DNA of 64,000 nt from Neoechinorhynchus agilis (Eukaryota > Animalia > Acanthocephala), in contig CM121341.1 of NCBI GenBank assembly GCA_051530055.1, positions 9,216,784-9,280,783 on the forward strand, read 5' to 3'. The translations under genes and the position numbers were made by a program. A model generated the notes under the pieces. The model was not told where the DNA came from, made no database searches, and saw only the letters and a program-made list of their open reading frames with translations. This document shows positions 1-12,415 of this stretch, piece by piece. The stretch's first letter is position 1. Each line of letters starts with the position of its first letter.

Positions 1-573
1 TAGAGAACGATTCGTGTATTTTAAAATCGTAATCAAAACTCTTAGATCCGCCAATTTATTATTTAAGGCAACTTTTTTTATAAATTAGAAAAGTGACACC
101 TTTTTATTATTTTATGATCTAAAGGCTCGTTTTTAATACGGTATTTTAATTTTTTTACTTCAGAAATGTAATTGATTAGAGAACGATTCGTGTATTTTAA
201 AATCGTAATCAAAACTCTTAGATCCGCCAATTTATTATTTAAGGCAACTTTTTTTATAAATTAGAAAAGTGACACCTTTTTATTATTTTATGATCTAAAG
301 GCTCGTTTTAATACGGTATTTTAAATTTTTTACTTCAGAAATGTAATTGATTAGAGAACGATTCGTGTATTTTAAAATCGTAATCAAAACTCTTAGATCC
401 GCCAATTTATTATTTAAGGTAACTTTTTTTATAAATTAGAAAAGTGACACCTTTTTATTATTTTATGATCTAAAGGCTCGTTTTTAATACGGTATTTTAA
501 TTTTTTTACTTCAGAAATGTAATTGATTAGAGAACGATTCGTGTATTTTAAAATCGTAATCAAAACTCTTAGA
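1..573. repeat. ~176-bp AT-rich tandem satellite, ~3.3 copies, truncated by window start
   Basis: TAGAGAACGATTCGTG recurs at 1, 177, 352 and 528 with near-identical units. Confidence 0.95.
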
Positions 574-1274
574 TTAACTTAATGTTCTCTTAATATTTTT
601 TACAAATCACAAGTCGGTAATGGCTTCTTAGTGAATATGCGGATAATGCATTTTAGAAGTTTATTCGTTTTTTTAAAGGATGGATATTTTTAGTATATCA
701 GATACTAAAAATATTAGCATCAGCGATTGATAGAGTTTGAACAGTGATAATACGAAAACAACGGGAATTTGTTTGCAATATTCGCTTAAGGATTCTCAAA
801 TGGTGTGAAGGTCGTTCTTTTGCGTAGTCTCGCTCTCCAACGTGGCCATAGAAATGGATCGCGTTTCCTCAAAAGTAAAAAAGCAATTCTTAGTTCTATT
901 CCTTTTGCATTGCCTTGAAAATGGGATATAAAACCTTAACATCTTTAGACTGTTCAATCTCTTTTAAAATGAAGACCGAGGCTACTATTCTGCTTTTAAT
1001 GTTAAGAAGGAAACTGAATGTTCTCGCAAAATTTCGTTGTTTTTCAAAATATTCATTCCCCTCAATTTATGTTTTACTAAAATCTCCTTGCGTAAAATGA
1101 GCTGTGTATATTCGCCGCTAAAATCGCGTTAAAACTTATTTTGTCGTGATTAAATTTCAATGGATTTTAACTCGATTTTTATTCTAATCGCTTTTTCTTA
1201 AGTGATCCGAAACCACTGATACCTTTTCATCTTAAATCGCTAAAGTACAAGTTATTTATTGAGAAGATGTGGAC

Positions 1275-2052
1275 GCACACAAGATTACGGCTCCGAAATA
1301 TCGGACTTAATAAATTCCCTTTCAATTTTTACGAATCATAAAAAAAACAACGATAGTTGCTAGTTTTCGACCCCGGTGTTTTAAATTCACTGATGATTTA
1401 TTTCCACGATATTTCACTTGTCGGATAATTCCGACATTCTAACAAAGTTTGTCATTGTAAATTAATCTAATGAACACTGGGAAAATGTCGGAATTATCCG
1501 ACAAGTGAAATATCGGTTAAATAAATCAGTAGTGAATTCTTTGATCCCCCGCGGGGTGGAAAACTAGCAACTATCATTGTTTTTTATGAGGCGTAAAAAT
1601 TGAAAGAGAATTTATTAAGTCAGATATTTCGGAAGCACACAAGATTACGGCTCCGAAATATCGGACTTAATAAATTCCCTTTCAATTTTTACGAATCATA
1701 AAAAAACAACGATAGTTGCTAGTTTTCGACCCCGGTGTTTTAAATTCACTGATGATTTATTTCCACGATATTTCACTTGTCGGATAATTCCGACATTCTA
1801 ACAAAGTTTGCCATTGTAAATTAATCTAATGAACACTGGGAAAATGTCGGAATTATCCGACAAGTGAAATATCGGTTAAATAAATCAGTAGTGAATTCTT
1901 TGATCCCCCGCGGGGTGGAAAACTAGCAACTATCATTGTTTTTTATGAGGCGTAAAAATTGAAAGGGAATTTATTAAGTCAGATATTTCGGAAGCACACA
2001 AGATTACGGCTCCGAAATACCGGACTTAATAAATTCCCTTTCAATTTTTACG
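1275..2052. repeat. Tandem 360-bp fold-back (MITE-like) units, 2 full + 1 partial
   Basis: Units start GCACACAAGATTACGGC at ~1275, 1635, 1995. Each has ~145-bp imperfect inverted arms (TCCGAAATATCGGACTTAATAAATT... / ...TTTATTAAGTCAGATATTTCGGA) with internal palindrome TGTCGGATAATTCCGACA. Confidence 0.85.
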
Positions 2053-2623
2053 CCTCATAGAAAACATGAACAATTTTTATTTTTAAGCAACTATTATTGC
2101 TGCAAACAAATAGCGCAGTAAATGGGAGTTGCTGTGATCTATTTTTTGGAAATTAGAATTCCTGAATATATATTAGCATTTTGAAAAAGTATCGAACACG
2201 TTTTGGATCTTATCTCGTTCGCAATAGTAGACAATCGACATTGTCTTGAGTCACACAATGTTGCGCATTCGTGTTCGCTATGAGTAGGCATTATCCGTCT
2301 AATCTTACAAGAACCCGATTTATGCTAAAGTTATTTAAGTGAAGAAATTATTCTAATTTTTCTAAGCACCAAAAAAGAGATGCAAACCACAACCAAAAGA
2401 AATCCCGGTTCTATCAGTCCTTTTTGAAATAGTTAAGAAATGATTCATACGCCTGTCTATTGGGCCCGTTTTTGTTATTTCAGATGGAATCACCTGAAAT
2501 CGATGACTCTAACCTCACAACTCGCAGCGACAATATCCTCCGGATCGGTACACGTAAGTAGACTTCCTACTTCGCATATCTTTTCCGTACGAAACTTCCA
2601 CCCTTTCAAGTGTTACTCACTAA

Positions 2624-5600
2624 ATGCAGCCTACTGTCGCAGCTCGTCCTTCTACTACAGGTTTGCCAAGGGATAGAATGGTCAGTTATGATTGGTCATC
2701 AACACAAGCCGAGCGTTCATTCATACCAGAATTAAAATTCAAGCCGAGGGTCGTTGTGGCGTCCACCTTCCTCCCAGTAAAAATCTATCAACGAACATCC
2801 GGGAATGATTTGGAATGGACGGCTTGTGCCCAATCCGCCGACGAGATTTCACTTGCTATGTACTCACTCAAAAACGATTTTGATGTCGTCTGGGTCGGTT
2901 GGCCGCAAAACCTCTTCGATGAGAATCTAAGCGAAATTGATAAATTGGGAATCAGACGCGTTCTTAGGATCTATAGAATGCATCCAGTTTATATAACTGA
3001 ATCTATCCTCGATAATGGTCTTCGGTCTTACTGCAGAGAGATCCTATGGCCCAATTTTCATAATATACCCAACCTTGGAAAAACGACAAATGAAAATCAG
3101 TATCGATCTTTTGAGGATTTAAGTCGGAAGGGGATTATAATTTTATTGGGAGCTGGGTCAACCCAAGAGAGAAAATTTTTAAAATGTTCTAACGATAGAA
3201 TGTAGGGGACTTTGTGTTCAAGGGCCAATTAGTCGTAATCGATAGGCGATCCGACAACGTGCTTCATATCTCATAAGGGTTGCTTATTAAAGCCGAGATC
3301 TTAAAGACATCACTTGAATTGTTTACTATATATTCATGTTGAACGGTTTTAGTTTAAAGTGTGGCATACTCAAACAAACTTATCCAATTTATTAATGGAT
3401 CACAGAAAAAATGAAGGAGAAATATTTTCACGGAGCACTGGAGAATTGTTGCATCAACAATCTTGGTTGTGAATATGTTCTACAGTACTTAAAACGTTTA
3501 GCAATAAACTGCATTTGACTGGTAGTGGATCCAAATGCACTTGGCATATCAATGGAATTCATATAACTTTCCCAGTGATTCCGTTCCTACTCAATACTTG
3601 GATTCACGAAAAACATGGATGAACAATCACTGCAAACGATTGCTAATAATCGCTTATCGAAGATCGCAGATTCTTAGTGACAGGATTCCTACCAAATTAA
3701 TAATCTTTTGATCTTTGTAGTATTTTTCGTCCGTGAAAATTTATTCGGTTTGAGGCGTAAGTACGGTCTTACCAATTGAACACATGAAAAACTAGGTTAG
3801 AAGAGATAATTAGTAGCTGGGAAATTCTAAATCGCATGGTATCATATATTTCACGAACATTCCAACTTCATTTTCTAATATAATCCCTACTCCGTGTAAA
3901 CAGAAGATTCGCACGGACGTTGGCCCACATAGTCAGGCCCAGTGACATTGTATGGATTCACGGAAACGAGCTATCTTTAGTTCCGCAGATGTTACGAGAT
4001 GAACTAGCATCCAAAATAATTCCAGCCATTGGGTTTTTTCTCCATATCCCATTTCCAATAGATTATTTCTTCCAAACGATCCCCAAAAACCGTCAGATTC
4101 TCATAGGAATGCTGGGAGCCGATCTCATAGGGTTTCAAACTTACCAATCATCGCAAAACTTCGTTCGAGCAGTTTACGCCAAACTCGGTCTCACATGCAG
4201 CATCGGTCGCATCGAGAAGGACAATAGGACTATCACGATAGATGCAGTTCCAATGGGAATAGCTAACGAATACTTTGAGGATAAAGCGATAATAAATCCA
4301 TTTGAAGATATTCAGCATCGGTGTTTGTTTCCTCCATATTCATGTCTTGATGAGGAGGTGAATACTGCCGATGTGGACGAATTGCTAGAGATGCGAGGTG
4401 ACCGAAAATGGAAATTAATCGTGAGTTCGGATAGAGTAGATAAATCAAGTGACCTCGCCTTTCATATTCAAGCCTACAAATACTTCCTTCAAGCTAACCC
4501 AGAGGTAGTCGCTTCTCAGTCAGTTTTGCTTTTGCTTCTGGTTCAACCTCCTCTATTCGAAGCGAGTGGGGATGCTATCCTCAAAGACGAGATTGACAAC
4601 CTCGTTTCAAACATTAATGGAATGTACAATACCTTGACTTGGAAGCCGATTCTTTACAGGTACGGACATATAAAGATGATCAAATTGAGAAAAATCTTTC
4701 AATATGCAGAGGTTTGTATGTCAGTGCCCCAGAAAGCCGGCATGGGTCTTTTGTGTAAGGAGTATATTGCGAGTAGAAAAGATTCTGGAGTTGTTATCCT
4801 TAGTGAGAATATGGGTGCCGCTAACGAATTGTGCGCTGACGCCTTACTTGTTACGACTGCTGGACTCGGTAATTCGGTTGAGCTCCTTCCTTTTTGTTAA
4901 TTTGTCCTAAAAGATCCAATCATTGAGCGTGATGAGACAGCGATTCCCATTCGATCATTTCTGTCTAGTTTTTTCTAAAGAATTCTTGTAAATGTTAGTA
5001 GCCATCATTATTATGGAAGTCAATTCGTCCTAGAGTTTTGAAGAAATTAACTATATCGGAGTACACCGAAACTATCAATTTTTAAAATAAATCAAAGAAG
5101 TTGTTTTCGTCACTTTCCCATCGCTGTTCCTTATCACCGAAACCAGCAGCACTAATCCATGCGACCGACGTTCGGTTGCCGATGCCATAAAACGGGCCCT
5201 TTGTATGCCACCAGCGGAGCAGCAAAAGCGAATGGCATCAATGAAAGACCGTATTCGTCGTGTGTCAGGTAAGAAATGGGCTGAACGTTTCGTTAATGAA
5301 ACCTTGGTAGCCAATGGCTTATCAAGACGGAGTAGGACTCGACTACTTGCAGGTCTGCAATATATGTCGTTGGTAATGCAGTATAGAGACGTCGAAGGAC
5401 CAAGACTAATAATTCTCGATTATGATGGTACTCTCGTTGAAATGGGGAAAAGTCTTGAAGACCTCGGCGGTGACCAACAACTCGTTCATATTCTGGCTAC
5501 TCTATCATCCCGCGATGACACAACCGTTGTCATAAACAGTGGTCGGTCTAAAGAAAGTCTTGATAAATGTTTCGGTGCCTTTCCAGAGCTTAACAAGGTC

Positions 5601-6212
5601 AATATTGCAGCTGAGCATGGTACATGGATTCGAACTGATAATGCGGAATGGCATAAGATAATTACCGAAGATATCGATGATTCATGGAAACCGAAACTGT
5701 TATCTCGTCTAGAAAATATGTATATGCATCTACAAGGTGTAAGGGTAGAGGAAATGGATCATGGACTCGTTGTAGTTCTTGACAGTCCAAACGAAGTCCC
5801 TCCATTTTCTGTAGCTGGGGAATGCGGCGACTCAGCCTTGTCACAAGAACGTGCCCGGGAAATTCTTAGAAAGTATTGCGATATTGTTCGCTATTATCTC
5901 ATGAACAATTCTCAAGTACGGGTTATTGAGAGCGAACATAGATTGGAAGTTAAAAGTTCTCTATTGAGCAAAGGGCGTGCAGCGCTCAATTGGATTGACG
6001 AAGGGTCGGAAACTAAGAAATGGGCGTTTATTATGTGCATCGGAGACGATTTTACCGATGAAGACACTTTCCAGGAGCTTCCGGAAACTGCTTTTACAAT
6101 TAAAGTTGGATTGAGGGCAACCGCTGCGAGGTTCTATTTGATGAATACGTTTTATGTACGACTACTGCTACAAGATCTTATCAGTAGAAATCAAAAATCG
6201 TCTGAAAGCTGA
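2624..6212 (+). CDS. TPS: Fused trehalose-6-phosphate synthase/phosphatase (GT20 + HAD), 3 exons (~2624-3126, ~3895-4852, ~5154-6212)
   Basis: GT20 remnants VVWVGWP, LWPNFH, VNRRFA, DIVWIH, IGFFLHIPFP, LGADLIGFQT, CKEY, LSENMGA, ALLV|NPCD. TPP motifs LDYDGTL, INSGR, AAEHG, SKG, IGDDFTDED, TIKVG. Confidence 0.92.
3127..3894 (+). other. TPS intron 1, ~770 nt, nested hairpin; boundaries probably non-canonical and uncertain by several nt
   Basis: In-frame RVNRRFA lies after a TAA at 3881 with no AG in between. Seven nested inverted repeats. In-frame canonical alternative GT 3100 / AG 3903. Confidence 0.6.
4853..5153 (+). other. TPS intron 2, 301 nt, non-canonical, TA-flanked with terminal inverted repeat
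   Basis: Removal gives GTT AAT CCA (ALLV-NPCD). TA at 4852 and 5153; CTGCTGG (4857) pairs with CCAGCAG (5143). Confidence 0.7.
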
Positions 6213-6971
6213 ACGAAATGCGGTGTGCTCGAGGTGATTAAATTTTTCCATCAACATTCGTCGGAATATTTGTCGGATGCGATGGGTTTTCTCACAAGTC
6301 TATTGACTGCGATTTATTAAAATCACAATTTTATAAGACGAGACTGGATCGATCTTTTTAGATTTTATTCTCTCTCCCTTCTACACTATCGCCCATTTAG
6401 GAATATTTGATTAGATTTTTTCATTTTGCGTAACAAAATGACTCAGCTTTCTTCGATGATGACCGCAATACCCAAGATCAAATTTTTGTTGACAATTGAT
6501 GATATTGAACTTGTTTAAAAGTTCAATGTTCCCTAAAAATAACCTAACATCCCACGAAACTTAAAAACGCTCGTCAAATAAGCTCACACTAAAAAACTTG
6601 CAATAATAATCGAATCAACATCTTAATGAAGATGCCAGACTAAAATAAATCCGTAACGCGAATTACAGAATACAAATATACGATTGCGAAGTTATAATAT
6701 TTTTTCATCATTTATCCAACAGTAACATTTATTCCATAGTTGATTTATCGCGAATGGAGTTTCACGGCGCGTAGAATAAGACCACAAAGCACAGAATAGA
6801 AAGTCACGAGATCGACCCCTTCAAAGGCGAGTCGTGCGCTCACCACTAATGGGCAGAGATTCGTAAAAAAATCTCAATGCAGTTGAGCAAAAATGTGAAG
6901 GCTTGAATAATCCCGTCCAGTTCAATCAACGAATGGACGTCTCATGCCAAGCCAACAGAACGCTCAAACTA

Positions 6972-7486
6972 ATCGCACGGAGCGCAACAATCTTTTTGCG
7001 ATGTTCTTTTTCGTATTTCCTTATTATTGTTCGTTAGGTAGCTACAAGGGTTATTTCGGTACAAGCGATGGATCAATTTTATGGCTAAACTTGAGATGTG
7101 GAGTAAGTTATTTAGGTCGCTTTTGAACACCCGAGAACGATCGCGCAATGAGTGCAATAATCTTTTTGCGATGTTCTTTTTCGTATTTCGTTATTATTGT
7201 TTGTTAGGGAGCGATAAGCGTTATTTCGGTACAAGCGATGGATCAATTTTATGGCTAAACTTGAGATGTGGAGTAAGTTATTTAGGTCGCTTTTGAACAC
7301 CCGAGAACGATCGCGCAATGAGTGCAATAATCTTTTTGCGATGTTCTTTTTCGTATTTCGTTATTATTGTTTGTTAGGGAGCGATAAGCGTTATTTCGGT
7401 ACAAGCGATGGATCAATTTTATGGCTAAACTTGAGATGTGGAGTAAGTTATTTAGGTCGCTTTTGAACACCCGAGAACGATCGCGT
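6972..7486. repeat. 170-bp tandem satellite, 3 copies (first diverged)
   Basis: Identical ORF translations at 7081 and 7251; period 170. Confidence 0.95.
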
Positions 7487-8120
7487 GATTCAATCAGTCA
7501 TTATCAATTCAATCCAAAAATTTTATAGGAATTTATCACAAACACACGACATGATTGTTCGTTTTTGACTAGATTGAATCGATAAAATGACTGATTAAAT
7601 CAGTGTGGAAATATACATTCGTCTCTTTAACTCGACAAGCGACCTCCTGAATAACAATATTTCTAACCATCACCCGAATGTTTGGGAAAATAATTTGTTA
7701 TCATTAACTACAAACGTGGCTCCATGAACGGAATATTAGCTAAACTGAGAATCATTATCTGTGTTTTGAATTGAACAAGTTTTCATGCTTATAGCAATAA
7801 TGCTAAAATGTGCTTTTAATAAAAAAAACTGAGAATGTGCAAAAGCGAATGGATAAAGATTTTATCTTTAATCGTAAATTATCATTTCAAAGTAGATTTT
7901 AAATCTATGAAACACACAAATAAGTTTTTTTGCGATTAACCTACAAATCAACATTGAATCTATGAATTTTTAAAATAGGCAGGCATGTAATTGACTCACG
8001 TTCGTTCCACTAAGACGAAATGAATAATGTTCAATGTGCTTGGATGACACATTCTTCACCTCATAACGTAAAGAGCTTTGTTGAAAGATACGAGCAATCC
8101 CATTTTTTAGCTTGACAAAA

Positions 8121-9779
8121 ATGAAGCCTCGCTGTTCACTCAAATTAGTGATCCCGATATTAGTCGGGATTTTCGTTTTGGCATCACTAGTTATTTTGTT
8201 CGCTATGAGTGTGCTGATTTTTAAGGAAACTGGTGTTGATTACACCGATCATGGATTTTCGGTCATTGCGGACTACGATGTAATACGAATGGGTCAATAT
8301 TCGTGGAAAGGAACTGCATACAATAAAGAGAAAGTAGTGGTCGAGCAAACTAAAGCCACTCCGTCAACTCTTAAACAAGCTCTTCACGAGTTGGCGGATA
8401 CATCAACGAATTTAACTCAGGATGTAAAAAGTCGATTTTCAAACTGGTTCAGTATGTTCTGAAAATCTAGACTTAAAATGGACGTTGCAAATCAAATAAT
8501 CCAATTCTTCGATTCGTCTGAATTCACGGATGTGGCGAAAAATAAAGTTTCATTGACATTTGGAGCTACTGGAGGAATGCGGCGATTAAGGGATTCCAAA
8601 CCATCAGTCGCGAACGAAATCATGGGGATTATTTACGATGTATTTGCAAATTCTGGGTACAATGTAAAAACCGATAACGTAAGGATCTTGAGTCCACAAG
8701 AGGAAGGTTTGTATGAATGGATGACAACTAATGGTCTTGCTGCAACGGCAAATGTGGCATCAGGCGACACGACAACCGTTGGAGTTTTACATTTCGCGAA
8801 TTATACGATGCGAATGGGAGTCATTCCATTGAATTACGGATCTCAAACTGAAATAATCCCTGGATCAACGTCTTTCTGGCTTTTTGATGAATACTTCACA
8901 GCATATTCTAACTCGTTTGACTGCCTTGGTGCTGAAAATTTATACTTATATTTCCTTAAGTATCTGATTAGTAAACGTAACATCTCCAGTGAAGAAATTG
9001 AGAATCCATGTGCATTGAAGAATGATTTATACACCATCAATGGAACCCAATTGCAATTCCATTGCACTGATGGATTCTTGCTTGATATTACTGGCGTAAA
9101 TACTGACAAGATCTATACAATCACTGGAACCGGCAATCCTGATCAGTGTTTGTCAATGGTACAATCAATAATCCCGATTCCTACTTGCAACGCTAATTCA
9201 GATACTCCTTTTTGACTCTAGGAACAAAGGTGTTTCTGAAGTCAAGGATGCATGTTTAACAAAGCTCTTCTGCCCGTTCTTTATCCAGATCAGTCGTTCA
9301 ATCTATACGGCCAGTTTTACAGCATTCAAAACGATCTCAATTTCCCAGTCAGTATGAATAGTTTTTTGAATTCATTCAAAATGCGTTGTTCTCGTAATTT
9401 CACACCAAGATCGGAAAAGAAATTTCCGATAGAAGCCGGACACGAATTTGAACGAAGAATTTGCTTACTGAGCGCATTTGCTTCCACTTTTCTTAATAAT
9501 TTGGGACTTGCTACTGATGTTTATGGATCTCCTACGTTAAAACCTATGATGACCTTCGGCAATTCGATCACACCGGACCCAAACTTTGGATTTCTTTTAT
9601 ATAGTGTGAACCAGAAACAACAACGATTCCAAATATACTACAACAACGATATCATCAAATATTCGAAACTTGTTATAGCCTTCTTGTCCTTATTCTCGTT
9701 TTCGTTGGCTGTACTTGTTCTGGGAATATTCGCTTACCGCCTCTCACAGAAAAATAGACTTCAAACAGCTAAACTCTAA
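8121..9779 (+). CDS. GDA1/CD39 (NTPDase/ecto-apyrase)-like protein, paralog 1, 3 exons, N- and C-terminal TM helices
   Basis: GATGGMR (ACR2), EEGLYEWMTTN (ACR3), YSNSFDCLG, ENPC, CTDG, GTGNPDQC, GCMFN, FGFLLY. Short interruptions at ~8431-8470 and ~9212-9241. Confidence 0.85.
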
Positions 9780-10509
9780 AAAGAATTTGTTTGTGGATTG
9801 TCGGAGAACGAGGGCAAAAGCAGTTCATTGATTTGTGTTAATATTTATTTTATATAAGCAGTGAACCACTGGTTTCAATATAAAATTCCACTTAAAGGTT
9901 GCCATAGATTCATTAAAGTCTCACCTTTTTGATTACCTTAAGAATAACCATCATGCAGATTATAGTTTTCCTTTCTACTCAAATGGTAAGTAAAAATTAT
10001 TGGGACTCTGATTTGAAGAATGAATATTCTTAAAAGATTTCCTACGTGAGACGAAATCACAGTTTTAAAATTAAACAACTTTTATCGATGTGTGAGCTTT
10101 TTATAACACGGCTGTAAATTTTTAGGCGCACAGCCCACCGACCTGGTTCAGAGTAGAAGTTCAATTACTCAATGCACTGAACCATCCTGTACGAGTTTGT
10201 ACATTCCTCCGGATTCTCAGATACCTCCAGGAGACGGGACTCATCAGTGAGTTTCCTCCCTTCGGCGGTATTTCGTCTACAGCAGTGTGATAATAGGCCA
10301 CACATCGATAAAAGTTACTTTCCCGGTTTTAAAAAAATGACAACCTCCTTGTATTCATTTTCATTATAGAGCAAAACTTCTATGAGCGCATTGCGTATGG
10401 ACGAAATCACATCGATAAAATACATTCTTTTTTTGTATTAACCCATTAACTGTCAAATTTGTTTAATTGCACATGCTATCATTTAGTTATTTTTACAGCG
10501 GTGGTGTGA

Positions 10510-11223
10510 ATGATTTCTGCTCTTTTTCTATCATTATAAGTTCATTTGAAAAATTCTTCTTTTTTATTTGTAGTTCATCTTAGCTGGAGTAACATTTGCC
10601 ATAAATGGCGTATGTATTAACCTATATCATCCATATTTATGCCGACGAGCTTACGCTTTCGATGCAATCAAATTAATTGGCAAATATACAAAGGCAACGT
10701 TTAAGTATGTCCGAAACCTCGAACATTCACCGTATTCTGAGCAATCGGACTGTATGGGCATTAAAAAGGAGTTCGAATTTCTGAACACATCCATCAATCA
10801 TTTTAAAAGTGCAACTGCTTCATTCAAACAGTCTTATGATAAGATAATACCTCATTGGGCAAGAAATTATAATCATCTATGGCCTGGCCTACAATACAAA
10901 TGTGATTGGCTGCATGATGATATATGAGACAGTGTTAGACACTTCGAAAGGGAACCCTCAATAGTGTCAGCGCCGCGATAACATTATGGGGCCGAAAAAT
11001 TAATAAGTTCAAGAAACTATCGAAGTCGTTTTTTGTGTTTATTGAAAAACTTGATAAGAAACTTGCGTCTGAAATCTACGATGCGAAAGGTCGATTCTCA
11101 GAACAAACTGAAAATTGCAAACTTTACGTTACTTTCAGAAGCGCATTGGAGAATTATGTGGCTGAATCACGAAATGCGACCAAGTGGTATTGGATGATTT
11201 CCGATATTTATCTAAGGGATTGA
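10510..11223 (+). pseudogene. Orphan secreted-protein family member with in-frame stops
   Basis: Translates to MISALFLSL*|FILAGVTFAINGVC...RRAYAFDA...FLNTSI...PHW...CDWL..I*...ENCKLY...RNATKWY, colinear with the gene at 24020-24842. Confidence 0.65.
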
Positions 11224-11326
11224 ATTTTAAGAATTGTTATGTTGACATCAATTGTACTTTTCTATGAAAAGAAATTTTGTCATCAAGAAGGTGGTCGATC
11301 TTTCATTATGTGCAAGGGTTTATGTT

Positions 11327-11563
11327 TCTTGGATTGTATTCGAGGGTGAGGAATGAAATTATTAATTGTTCTGGCGCAACTTTACTCTTAATCTCCCTTC
11401 GAGATATTGATTGATTTATTGTAAATTTTCTCGACCGCTTGCGGTCTTCTTCAGACATTGCTTGTAAGTACTCACAGGACCGCATGCGGTCGAGAAAATT
11501 TACAATAAATCCATTAAAATCTCGAAGGGAGGTTAAGAGTAAAGTTAGGCCAGAACATTTAAT
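11327..11563. mobile_element. 237-bp fold-back insertion with 13-bp target-site duplication and hammerhead-like remnant
   Basis: AAGGGTTTATGTT at 11314 and 11564. ~85-bp inverted arms 11361-11446 / 11478-11563. Minus strand CTGAAGAA-GACCGCAAGCGGTC-GAGAAAATTTAC. Confidence 0.75.
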
Positions 11564-12415
11564 AAGGGTTTATGTTATGCGTATGATTATTTAAATAAAA
11601 AACTAAAATTATTATTTGCAATGGCTTAAATGTCATTAGTTTGTTTTTATACAAGGGGCTTTTATTAATGTAAAGTACTAATTATTTTCTATGCAATGTA
11701 TTTTTATCAAATAACCAACTTCCGCATAGGAGAAATTTCGTGTATTGATTAAAAATTGATCGATATTAAAATTCCAATGCGCACATCAACTCTTTAATGT
11801 TTGCTGGCCCTCCGTGATACTGAATTCCAAGATCGAATGTCGAATTTTATTTTCAATTTCGACATGGGACGAACTGCAAAAATCACAAGATGCTTCGATC
11901 GATGTATTTAAATTTTATATGGCTTTTCGGTGGATAAAATGGCACATTTTGGCCGTATACAAGGGTTTATGGAAAATCTTGAACAATTTTTTTAATTTTA
12001 AAGCATAAGACGACCACGTAACTTTCTGCATAATTTTAGAGAAAAGTGTGGAATGCTTGCGTTAGTACCGCATTATTTACAATTAACGGCTAATATTATT
12101 TAAAAAATTACAACCTAATGTCTAACTTTACTATTAGCTCTTATATTTAAGTTGATATTTAAGTCTGATTCCATAGATCGGATTAGTTGAAATGGCATGA
12201 CTTTATAAATCGTTCTCAAACCCAATAAAAGTCTTTAAACATGACTAATTGTTCCCGCAATATGACGACGAATAAAATAACTGAATCTATATACTCATAA
12301 ATTCAATGTAACATCCACATTAATAGCATTACTTCGAAGATCTTGTAATTCTGATCTCGTTCTTATCCATGTTACCCAGTTTTTTGTTTATTGTAAAGAT
12401 GCTCATCATTTCCTT

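Noticed and set aside
6944-7470. Repeated 60-71-aa ORFs on both strands
   Set aside because: By-products of the 170-bp satellite (period not a multiple of 3).
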